From positions 71,882,224 to 71,946,223 of the forward strand of contig JASCQW010000061.1 in assembly GCA_030264375.1 (NCBI GenBank): 64,000 nt of DNA, written 5' to 3'. Position numbers and translations under genes: made by a program. Of this stretch, positions 37,224 to 47,849 are shown in pieces. Within the stretch, counting starts at the first letter, position 1. Each line of letters starts with the position of its first letter. Origin of the DNA: Carcharhinus longimanus. Lineage: Eukaryota. The notes beneath the pieces are model-generated. The model was not told where the DNA came from and searched no databases. It was given only the letters and a program-made list of their open reading frames with translations.

Positions 37224-37871
37224 TGCAGGCAGAAAGAAGGATTGCATATCATTTCAACAGTCTCTGAACCCATTAACAAACATGTACCACAATATGATTT
37301 TTCAATTTTCAACTAACTGGAAATTTCACAAATATAACTGAGACATGGCAAATTGCTTAAAACGCAAAGGTGAAGGTGAGAAACAAATAAATCACTCAAA
37401 AATAACAGGTATGAAATGGAATCTTACCGTTCTGTCTGGTTTCGGGTGTAATAGAATACCGCACCGTGAAAAGCCTCAAGCACAGCATGAGGGGACAACA
37501 TCTATAGGTTCACTGCTGTCTATCACACCCACAATTGATCATAGCTGCTTACCTTTGTAATTTACTTACATTTTGCAACATTGACTTGTATGATAGCATA
37601 ATCCAAATGTGTCACAATACCACTCTCGCAACTTGAACCAGATATTTCTATTCTTTGCATAGGAACTTCTTCATCTAATCTTACAGTGAACCAAGCAATC
37701 AGTTGGTCAGACTGGATTGGATACAAGTCATTAAGCTGCTTTATTTCACTACGAGTAAACATACAAAGTAAAAATTATGGTTAGATTCACTTGGTTTTAT
37801 CAGTATAAACTTGTTTCTAGGTAATCATCCAACGATTGCAAATAAACTATGATTCATCACGTCAGTGAGTC

Positions 37872-38125
37872 TATTTTTATTTGTTTGTGGGAAAATGAGC
37901 ACTGCTGACCAGGTAAGAGTGACAGATTTTCTTCACTAAAGAACATTAGTGAACCAGATGGGTTTTTATGACAATTGACAATGGTTTCATGGTCATCATT
38001 GGACTGTTATGTCCAGGTTTTTGTCAAATTTCAGCATTTGCCATGGTGGCATTTGAACTCTGGTCCCCAGATCTTGCCCTTGGTCTCTGGACTACTAGCC
38101 CAGTGACAATACCATTGTGCCACTG
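37872..38125 (-). mobile_element. L2/CR1-group LINE 3' tail remnant
   Basis: aacattagtgaaccagatgggtttttatgacaat..ggtttcatggtcatcatt..gccatggtggcatttgaac. The start resembles 51010 and 11480. Confidence 0.6.
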
Positions 38126-38330
38126 GTTTGAATTAAACAAAATGATTTCTCACTACTAATTGAGTTCATACTGACAAAGCTTATGAAGCATGTGCCCCAA
38201 CTGGTTGGCCCATGGCTGGCCCAAAATTGGGTCTTGAGCTTATTTCAATAATTCATGCATGATGCCATTGTGCATCATCCTTCCAGACACAGCTCGCCCA
38301 TTTGAAACAGTTGAAATTTGTGTCACTAGC

Positions 38331-38462
38331 CTGATAAAGTGTCATCTCGATTCGGAACATTGGCTCTATTCTCTCCCCATATATGCTGTCAGACCTCCTG
38401 AGATTTTCCAGCATTTTCTGTTTTTGTTTCAGATTCCAGCATCTGCAGTATTTTGCTTTTAT
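38331..38462 (+). mobile_element. Short Penelope-derived repeat with degenerate hammerhead-like motif
   Basis: CTGATAA-gtgtcatctcgattc-GGAAC followed by ..atgctgtcagacctcctgagattttccagcattttctgtttttgtttcagattccagcatctgcagtattttgctttt. Confidence 0.6.
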
Positions 38463-38771
38463 CTTAGTGTGAAAATAATGCTTTTAGTCCCTATTCTACA
38501 TCTGAAAAATGTGAACATCTTGAAAAGAAAACAGCATTTTCCCTTTTTCCAAAGTCTTTCTGCACAAAATTGATCAAAGATCCTGAAAAATATAAGAACA
38601 ATCAAGGAGCTAATACCTGAATGACAGGTAACTGACACTCATAACTAGCACACACAGTGTGACTGTATGAACAAATAATAGTTTTATTCTCAAGCCATTA
38701 CAGTCAAGAAAACTGTACAGAACAAATAAAGAATCATAAGTTTACAAAGAACAGAATTAAAGAACTCTTAG

Positions 38772-38825
38772 TCTCAAAACACCAAAAAGAGACATTCAAA
38801 GTGTTAGAATATATAACAATTTATT
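38772..38825 (-). terminator. Polyadenylation signal of JPH1 (AATAAA plus downstream GU/U-rich element)
   Basis: tttatt at 38820-38825 on + (AATAAA on -), followed ~30 nt later on - by tctctttttggtgttttgagact. A second AATAAA lies near 38683. Confidence 0.65.
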
Positions 38826-40610
38826 GACAACTGTCAAGTGTTGTCCACTTGGAGCATGATTTGATAAATATAAAGCAGTGTATAGCATGTCATTTATTTA
38901 AAAAAAAGAAAAAGAATTCATGCTAAAATAGAGTTGTGTACATTTAGAAAAATGCCAACAATTTCTGGCTCATGCTTCTTAAAAAAGCTCATGATTTTAA
39001 TATATAAGAAAATCTTTTTTTTAAATTAAATTACTAAAGTGAACTTCATTTCAAAAAACATTCCCAACTACTCGATTTTTGTGCCAGACAAAAAAAGTTT
39101 GATATAAGCTTTTATTACATTTGCACTGACCCAAAGACACATTGAGTGAGTTAAATTTCCATTTAAAGCATGGTCGGATTTGCTGTACAATTTGTCTTTC
39201 GCTCTCTTTTTCTTTCTTTTTCAATGTTCTTTATTTCACACTGAACTGATAAAGGATTCTGAAAAAGCCTTTGCAAAAAATACCACCTATTACTGATCTG
39301 AAATCAGGCAGATTTCTGATAATAAATTATATAGCATCTATACACTCCTCAAACAGTACCACCTTCTTGTGGCCAATTGAATTTGGGTATCAATGACATT
39401 ATTTTGCAGTAAAACCATGCAAACTAACATACAGTTTACATTTAAATTCAGTACTTGTGGAATATGAAATCTTTCTTTAACACATATATATAATTTCTTT
39501 TAAGTTATCCAGCCCTTGCATTTTTGAGATTAAAATAAATCTAGTGCTTTAGTCTAAAATTAACCACACCAAATACTCAACCCTTTCAAAAGAAACATGC
39601 CAAGGCAATAACATGAAGAGTGATACAAGGTAATGGTACAGAAATCATCTTTAACTACATTAATTAGTGTCACTTAAAATGATTAAGACACAAAGATTCA
39701 ACCAGCATTCCAAAAAAAACCCATACCAATGTTTGAGGTAAACATTATAATTTCTGAAGACTTATAAAGGCATCAGTTTTGTTAACATTCAAATTACAAT
39801 GCTGTACCTGAATGTATTCAACACAATAAAATTTATTTCACTTGAAAAAAAAATTCTACATGCAAAAAAAAAACTCCTTCCTTAACTGATGGTTTCTCAA
39901 TGTTGACATGTATGATAATTTGGGTTACAGATCACCAGCGCTTCAGTAATCATATAAATTGAATGAAAGCTCCTAATTCCGCCACTGAAAGCAAAGGAAA
40001 TGAACTCAGATAGATCTAAATAAATGCTCTAAACAGCAGACAAAAAAAAATCTGTGACAGAAAATTGATAATTTTCATGCAAAACGTGTCAACATTTTCA
40101 AAATAATCTCCCAGAACATTGTACAAGATGTTAGGAGCAGCGGGTAATGGAATAAGACTGGTTGAGTGATGCTGCTAATGTACTTCGTGATAGGAGAGAC
40201 TACTGGAAATTGCATCCACAGCACAGAATCCTCCAACCACATTCCTCTGGCAGCCGTTCCCTTCTCCCAACTAAACTTCAAGACAGTAAAAAAGTAAGGC
40301 AGCTGTTAACGTCCATCAACAAAAGTGCAGTCTGTACATTTCCAGTTAAGTCACACTCCACTAGAGCAGATGGGGCAGCCATGTACTTCAGTGGTTAGGC
40401 TGGTTCAGCAGATTTTTCCAACAACGTGGCCACTTGCTTCAGTTTTCAGAGGATCCAGAGCCACAAATCATCACTGGGGCACACATCAGCCCCTGACTTA
40501 ATTTCCATGTCTCATCTTTCCTGAGTCCCACACCAATTCCAAGACTCTTTCCTTGTGTCTCAGCATGTCTGGTGTCAATAATAAGGCTGATGGCACAACT
40601 GTAGAGAACT
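38797..40610 (-). other. JPH1: Probable non-coding terminal exon (3'UTR) of JPH1
   Basis: TE-free, U/A-rich ~1.8-kb block downstream of the post-stop donor. Candidate acceptors are tttgcccag (exon start 40610) and ttctctacag (exon start 40598). It ends at the poly(A) signal listed next. The 5' boundary is uncertain. Confidence 0.65.
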
Positions 40611-40827
40611 CTGGGCAAACACCCTTAGTTTTCATGACTTCACTGAAGGGTCAAAACAATTAGATTATTAAATAACTATGTTGAATTACATTCAGGCATA
40701 GCTAAAGTTAGATATGAAAAAAAATGAATAGTTTACTGCCTGCATTGAAAAGGATAAATAGTTGCTGGAAATTTTATAATGCATTCTTTGACAAAGAAAA
40801 CTAAAGCCTTACCTTGGCAAATTCTTG

Positions 40828-40908
40828 TCAAGTCAGGAAATGGACAAAAAGAATAGCTAAACCAATATTCAACAGCATAACCAGGATGACCAAGATAGTA
40901 TTTGGACT
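40828..40908 (-). CDS. JPH1: Junctophilin-1, last coding exon (C-terminal transmembrane tail anchor plus stop)
   Basis: Acceptor acattacag|AGT (AG at 40910-40909). Encodes SPNTILVILVMLLNIGLAILFVHFLT*, the junctophilin C-terminus. It is too short for the ORF track. The exon continues 15 nt past TGA to the donor AAG|gtaagg at 40812. Confidence 0.97.
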   Translation of the reverse strand, partial: SPNTILVILVMLLNIGLAILFVHFLT

Positions 40909-41354
40909 CTGTAATGTTTTTAAAAAGATCTTGTTAATAATGTGACTGGAGCAAGTGATTTTAGCGATACAATTTTAAAGAAATGCTCTATCCATCCATT
41001 TTATTTCAATAGGGCTTCTTCTCAAATAGTCACTGAATTACTCAATATAAATGAATAAATCCTTAATCCTGCATGTCATGTTGACATCTATTCAAGGTGC
41101 TGTAATTACATTTAATATAAACTTTACATGACTCTTTAATAATATATCAGAGTGTGAAAGTCCTATTAATAAAATGAAATTTAACATCAGTCACATGGTG
41201 GCGGAGGCATTCTGAATAAAACTGAAAATTAACTCTGGTTTGATGTAATAAAAAATACATTTAAACAAGTTGATCTCAACGAACAGGAAATAATGGCGTA
41301 TGAGACAATCTGCAATTAAATGAATCTTGTAGCCCCTCAAAGTAAAAGAGCAAC

Positions 41355-41489
41355 GGCTGGAATTCTCTGACCTCGCTCACAGCTGGGATTCTCCAGTCTC
41401 GCTGCTGTGAGCGGTGATTTGGCTGAGTGCCAAATTCTCTTTCTCGCTGACAGTGATAGAAGGGCGTACAAGACCGGAGAATCCTGGCC
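41355..41489. mobile_element. Harbinger-like MITE (~135 bp) in JPH1 intron
   Basis: GGCTGGAATTCTCTG ... CCGGAGAATCCTGGCC with flanks aac/aag. Confidence 0.8.
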
Positions 41490-41501
41490 AAGGTCCATGA
41501 G

Positions 41502-42430
41502 GTGGAGATGCTGGCGTTGGACTGGGGTAAACACAGTAAAAAGTCTCACAACACCAGGTTAAAGTCCAGCAGGTTTATTTGGTAACAAACGCCACTAACT
41601 TTCGGGATCCGCCCCTTTGTCAGGTGAGTGGGGAGTTCTGATCACAAACAGGGCATATAAAGACACACACTCAGTTTACAGAAAACTGATTAGAATGTGA
41701 GTCTTTATAGCTCATCGAGTCTTAAAGGTGCAGACAATGTGAGTGGAGAGAGCATTAAGCACAGGTTAAAGAGATGTGTATTGTCTCCAGACAGNNNNNN
41801 NNNNNNNNNNNNNNNNNNNNNNNNNNNNNNNNNNNNNNNNNNNNNNNNNNNNNNNNNNNNNNNNNNNNNNNNNNNNNNNNNNNNNNNNNNNNNNNNNNNN
41901 NNNNNNNNNNNNNNNNNNNNNNNNNNNNNNNNNNNNNNNNNNNNNNNNNNNNNNNNNNNNNNNNNNNNNNNNNNNNNNNNNNNNNNNNNNNNNNNNNNNN
42001 NNNNNNNNNNNNNNNNNNNNNNNNNNNNNNNNNNNNNNNNNNNNNNNNNNNNNNNNNNNNNNNNNNNNNNNNNNNNNNNGTCACTGAGCAAAAACTGATA
42101 GCCAAGTTCCACACACAAGGACGGCCTCACCCGGGATCTTGAGTCCATGTCATACTATCTGTAATCCCCATGACTTGCCTGGGCTTGCAAAATCTCATTA
42201 GCTGTCCTGTCTGGAGACAATACACATCTCTTTTACTTTTGCTTAATGCTATCTCCTTTAAGACTTGATTAGATGTAAAGACTCGCATTCTAACCAGTAT
42301 TTTGTAAACTGAGTGTGTGTCTTTATATGCCCTGTTTGGTGATCAGAACTCCGCACTCACCTGAAGATGGGGCAGAGCCCCAAAAGCTATTAGACTGTTG
42401 GACTTTAACCTGGTGTTGAGACTTCTTATA
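41502..42430. mobile_element. Penelope-like element with inverted pseudo-LTRs and 12-bp TSD
   Basis: 41540-41794 is the reverse complement of ~42205-42428. GIY-YIG C-terminus VTEQKLIAKFHT..GL.RDL..MSYY. aaggtccatgag is repeated at 41490-41501 and 42431-42442. Confidence 0.88.
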
Positions 42431-43540
42431 AAGGTCCATGAGAACAGGTTTTTATTTTGACAGGGAAAGGGAGAGAAGAGTTGGAGCAAAAAGGTTTATG
42501 TTAGATCAATGGAATGAATTATGCAGTCTGATCATCATCTAAACCTAATAGATAATACATTTTGAAGCTCAGTACTTGGTTTGCTTGTCACTTCTTTAAT
42601 TCACATGTGACTTTTTAAAAAACTTGATTATAAAATATAGAAATATTTAACTTTCCATTGTTTACAGAATGAGTATTCAGCAACAACCTCTTGAGTCAAA
42701 AGACCCGTCCAAAAAGGATCTGGATATTTGTATGGTTGGGAGTGGGGCTGGTTGACTAAAGGATAAGTATTGATGGAGATAATTCAATAGTTCATGAGTT
42801 ATAAAGGTGGGAGAGGGAACAATACAACCTGAAAGTCCATGAAATTCTGGAGTACTCTCAATGCTTGGATGTAATCTATGGAGAATGTAGAGCATTCATG
42901 GGGAACTTTTCATCAGAAAATATCAGTGGTATAAAATGTCATCCACAGAAGCAGACAGCACAATCTTGAAGTTCCATGTGCAGAGATGCAAAATTATTCT
43001 GTTTTCTAGGTGGGAAAATTTTACTGCATATGGATGGGTGGTAACTAATGATGTTAAATGAGATTTGAGACAGGTGAAACAAGGTCAGATATTCAAAGGA
43101 GCCGAAAGTAGAAAGTGCCAGAGGACAGGGGTCAGGCCAAGGTGGAGAGAAAGCCAGAGGTGGGAGGGATGGCAGGAAGATGGGTGGGGGGGAAAGAGGG
43201 TGGGAGAAACAGGGAAATGCTTCTTTTAGGAAGGAGGTATCCTCATCCCTCAGCTAGGTTTCTGATAAGGCCACAATCATCCCATATAAGTTTATGGATG
43301 GCAAGGGCCTTGTTTACAAATGTGACTGGATGCATTAATAGAGTCCATAAGATCAGTAGGGAAAAGACAAGTTGGATGGGGAAAAGATTGGCAAGATTAG
43401 CTCCCATTGGACAGGGTAGGTGGTAAGTTTGCTGAGAGGATACTATGGGGCAATTGGAGTCGCTATGTGTAATGAACCAGAGCCAAATGCTTCAGTAAGC
43501 CCTCTGGTGGATGCCAAAGAAGGCACTGAGATAAAGTTTA

Positions 43541-43666
43541 GGGTGGAATTTTCCCATCCTGCCTGCCACAGGAATTGTAGTGTGTGGCTCTTGGACCATA
43601 CAAAGGTCCGTTGATCTCCGGCAGAACTTTCTGGACTTGGAGGAATGCGGCTGGAAAGTCCCATCC
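43541..43666. mobile_element. Harbinger-like MITE (~126 bp)
   Basis: tta|GGGTGGAATTTTCC ... GGAAAGTCCCATCC|ttg. Confidence 0.8.
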
Positions 43667-44519
43667 TTGATTTATCTAAGAGTGAGTCAAGCCTGGAATG
43701 AAAGGGGGAAAAAAATCGAGGAATACTGAATTGGGAGAGTAGAGCACCTGACAGGGCAGAATGCATGATGATAAAAAAGGATTTAGGAGGGGCATAGAGA
43801 AAAAAGTGGCAGTGTAATCGATCCACTTGGGTTCAAAGTGGGAGCCGAAACGCATATGTATTAGTTTCAATGTTAGGATCAAACATTTGGGAGAATTAGC
43901 ACTTTTAGAACATGTAAGGAATTTCTGCAGTCAGCAATAAATGACTAGAGAGGTGGTTTCAAATGGAAGATAAAATGGCCTTTTTAAAAATGTTTTTAAT
44001 ATTTTCTGTTTGGAAACAGTGAACATTCAAATTGGTTATAATCTACTAGACATTTGATTAAGGTTCTTAATTAAAATCAGCCTTTGCATCTCAAAGTGGG
44101 GTGTAGGGAGAGAGAGTGTGGGTGCAGGACCTGGTAGTGGGGGACATACTTCAACATGAATACGCTGCTAATTTTCAAATTGGATTTCTGAAATCATTTT
44201 CTAGTTACAAAATCAATATATGGGACAGGATTACAAGGCATAACAGCTGGAAACTAGAAAGCCGACTAACATTATTATTTGTGGTAAACCATCATCCCGG
44301 ATCAGAAAGCAGTTAAGAGATTAATAAAAATGTCATTCACTTAATTGACTTTGAGGAAATCCAAACATCTGGCTGGATAAACATTCTGCAGTTTCTCATT
44401 CTGAATGTATTGAAGTAAAAAAATGGATCAAATTGTTATCAGTTTGAAAAACTTAACCACGTTCCGCCCACGTTAGTTTTTCAACACAAATAACTTGAGC
44501 CCAACAAGCCCCAGAATCA

Positions 44520-44930
44520 ACTTTTGCTTTTTGAATACTTTTCAAAGTGCATGTATGCTTACTTTGTGTGATTCATGTCTAAGGACAGCCAGATCCCTTT
44601 GCATTGTAGCTTTCAGCAATTTCTTTCTTCTGTTCTTCATGCCAAAGTGGACAATCTCACATTATACTCCATCCACCAATTTTTTTGCTCACTCACTTAA
44701 CCTACCTAATTTCCCTTGGAGACTCTTTGTATCATCCTCATAACTTGCTTTCTGAACTATCTTTGTATTGTCAGCAAATTGGCTACAATACACTATATTA
44801 ATATATCACCCCCAATACCACAAGCTCTTATCTTGTGTAGCATGTGGAACCTTGTTGAATTCCTTTTGGAAATCAAAATACACTACATCCACTGATTCCC
44901 CATCATCCACCCTGCTTGCTACATACCTTA
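44520..44930 (-). mobile_element. CR1 RT fragment
   Basis: gtggaaccttgttgaattccttttggaaatcaaaatacactacatcc (VDVVYFDFQKEFNKVPH on -). Confidence 0.78.
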
Positions 44931-45420
44931 GGGGTCAAGGGATAACAATGGCAATTTTACAACTGGGAGTTCTATAAATTTATTTTCTAGGGATTTTGAT
45001 AATTTAGTTTAAACACTTTCCATTGTTTTAAGTAATTTATAAATGTATAAACTTGATGGCATGTGCACAATGTTATGAGACATAAAAACACAGAAATTAG
45101 ACTCCCCTATTTTGGCAATCTGGTATTGCCAAAATAATAATTTGGCTCAACAGGGTTTCCTTTAGTTCCGAGGAGTTAATCTTTGCTCGCTTTATACCTG
45201 AAATATCTGAAAAATCTACAAGGTTTCAAGGTCTCTTCTCAGGTGAAGCAGCTGATGATTTCAAATATTTGAACAAAACTGGCTGATGACATGGGATACG
45301 CTTTTATACCAGGTAATAGAAATTGGTACAGAATTAGTTGGAATAACCTTTCTATTTTTCTTTCAGTGGTACTTTTCCGAATGCTATGAAAAACTGTAGT
45401 TACAAGTGACGGATACATAC

Positions 45421-46067
45421 CGACTCCACAATTTCTTCTGTTTCTTCCAAGCTAGCCTCATGTGATTGAGATTTTGATAGTTTCTTTGGTTCAGGTGCAG
45501 CAATGGATAACTGTTTCTTCAATTTTGGCTCAGATTTAGCTTCCTTGACAGGTGACCTGGCAGGCATTTGCTTTGGCGGTGGTGGTAACCTTCCGAGTGC
45601 CATGGGTGAAGGATTAGCCTGTTCATCTGGCTCTTCGGGTGGCAGTTTTACATCTGTGCGCACAAAGTAACTATGGTACGCACTATGTAACTGTCCATTG
45701 CCAGCAGATGAGGCAGCATAACCTGCTGACTTTGGCTGTTTCCACTCGTTCCCTTGCTTTGCACTCATTTTGGCAATACTTTTTGATGACGATCTATTCC
45801 CTGACGCGCCTAATACATCCTTGTTAACACTGCTGGAAGAGTCTTTATTCCAGCTGGTATTTGGAGTTTTCTTGTATATTGGTGGTGAAGGAGGTGGTGT
45901 CGGACCAGGACTGTGTCCAGGAGTATGTGGTGGAGTTGTACCTTTCCTGTAGAAATGAGGACTGTTGCTTGCTGAAGATGGTTTCTTTTCTTTTGGAGGT
46001 GGTGGCTCTTCTTTCTTTTCTGTATATCCCATTGCCTCCTGCATTCTCTGTCTAATGTAATCAAGAC
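45421..46067 (-). CDS. JPH1: Junctophilin-1, large penultimate coding exon (divergent/proline-rich region), 647 nt, phase 1 to phase 0
   Basis: Acceptor ttttcctctttttctag (AG at 46069-46068) and donor TCG|gtatgt (45420). Translation (G)LDYIRQRMQE...SPHFYRKGTTPP...NGQLHSAYHSYFV...KEAKSEPKLKK...EIVES matches JPH1 motifs (DYVKQRFQE, ESPHFYRKGTTPP, NGELHSQYHGYYV, KESKAEPKAKK). Splices in frame to the next exon. Confidence 0.96.
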
Positions 46068-46493
46068 CTAGAAAAAGAGGAAAATATGTGAGATGAAGCA
46101 ACAAGTGGGAAGAGGCCAATAGTGAGAGGGGAAATGTCGAAGGAGGAAATAATGCATTTCAACATGATGAAATAACAGGAAATATGCTTTGGTTTAATTT
46201 TATAGTCATTTGAGGAATTCCTTTCATGAAATGGATAATTGTCAAAAATTACATTTGTGAAATTTGGAAAATTATGCTAACAGGTTAGACGCATTGCAAA
46301 AGCCCATAGCCTTTGTGGCTATAAATTGGTGGGAGGCAAGGGCCTTTCTAAACTCAGCTACTCACAAGCCTATCATTGAGAGTCTTAAGTTTTTACTTGC
46401 TAGCGAGTCAGCAGCAGGATTCTCCTATAAAGGGTGTCACCTAACATTTACTGGCATTGCATGGCAGTCCCCTTCTGAAAACTGAGACATTTA

Positions 46494-46618
46494 GGCTGGA
46501 ATTTTACAGCCTCACTCATGTCGGAATTGGGTGGGTGAGGCTCACAGAACAGTATTTTCCATTGGCCTCGGGCGGGATTCTACGAGCCTCAGGTGGGCAA
46601 GGCGGTGAAATTCCAGCA
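46494..46618. mobile_element. Harbinger-like MITE (125 bp) with TTA TSD
   Basis: TTA|GGCTGGAATTTTAC ... GTGAAATTCCAGCA|TTA. Confidence 0.88.
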
Positions 46619-47849
46619 TTAAAGTATTTTACAGATCTTTTAATAAATATCGAGCCACAGAGTTCATCACTCTCCAGGTGTGTAACAGCTAATATCACTT
46701 TAGTAAGTTTTCGTACATTGAGTAAAAGTAAGAAAACAAAGTCAAATTAATTCTATAAATAAGAAAAGACAACCACAAAACTTAAAAACAGAACAGAGAT
46801 AAAGAAGGAAGGAAAACACAATGGGTGAAGGAGGTGGATTTTCTGTCCTTGGTTCTGGTGGGTGAGAATGGTGGTCAGGGCGGAGAATCGAGAGGGTGTC
46901 TCAAAATGGCTTTCATGCCGGCAGGATTTCCCCACTTGGTTGTCCCCGTCCCCTGCCAACGATGTAACGGGGGTCAACTATCAGTTACCATTACTCTTTG
47001 ATTCTGTTACTCAGCCAATTTGGAATTGCCCCATCCTCATTTTGTATACCACCCCAGATGAACTTCAGATCTTTGATGCAGTGGCAGCATGAGTCCTGCA
47101 GCACAGTCCTGTCCAGGTAAACATTACTGTGTGGCACCACAGACAACTACACTTCTGTACTCCCAACCCCAGGTGCAGTACTGATTTGACTCAGTGACAT
47201 GGGGAGGTCCATGGATTCACCAGCACAATTTTGTACAAGCTTGGTTTACAGAGATGGCAGTACATTAAAAAAAATGCAGCTGTCTTCAAACTGAAGCGCA
47301 TTTCTTCAGAGATTTAGGGAACATAATTCATGGGAGTTGCAACTTTGAGCAAAGGTATAGATCTAGCAGGAGCCTTTGGAGAACACAAAACACTTCAGTC
47401 AGTGCCACAGGCATTTAACAGTTTAAAAACCCAAGGGATGTTAAGAGTGGAGAGTGTGGTCTTGGAAGCACATATATTTTTGGCTCTTCTGACTTGGGCA
47501 TTGAGGTAGGAGGCCTGCCGGTCACACTGGTATCAACTGGGTTTTCCTGTTGTTTGTACCCTCCGCCACAAGTGAACTTGCGCCGGGGTCACCATCAGCA
47601 GTACAGAAGAACCTGCTGCGGAAATGGCTAGGTGGTTCTGGCCAAAGGCTTCAATATAATGTGGAGTTCACACAAGTAGACATGACATCTCTTAACATGT
47701 GGAAAATCCAATTAACTGACCATGTAATAATCATATGCGGGCACCTGCTTTCGACACAGCAGTCATGCCTGAAGTGCACCCGATCAACTGGATTTGATCC
47801 AAGTCTGATCAATGATCCTCCCTTAAATACAAGCATTGATGGACAAGAA

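Noticed and set aside
8400-38000. LY96/MD-2 or TMEM70 exons expected downstream of JPH1 from bony-vertebrate synteny
   Set aside because: No ML-domain or TMEM70 peptide was recognised by eye. The 37570-37748 ORF has only a trivial EIKQL/DLKQL resemblance and lies on the JPH1 strand, whereas LY96 is convergent. A profile search is needed to exclude a diverged copy.
45400-46119. 239-aa ORF as a standalone protein, or a TM-less isoform ending VCIRHL*
   Set aside because: Its ends are intronic read-through around a spliced JPH1 exon, and there is no evidence for intron retention.
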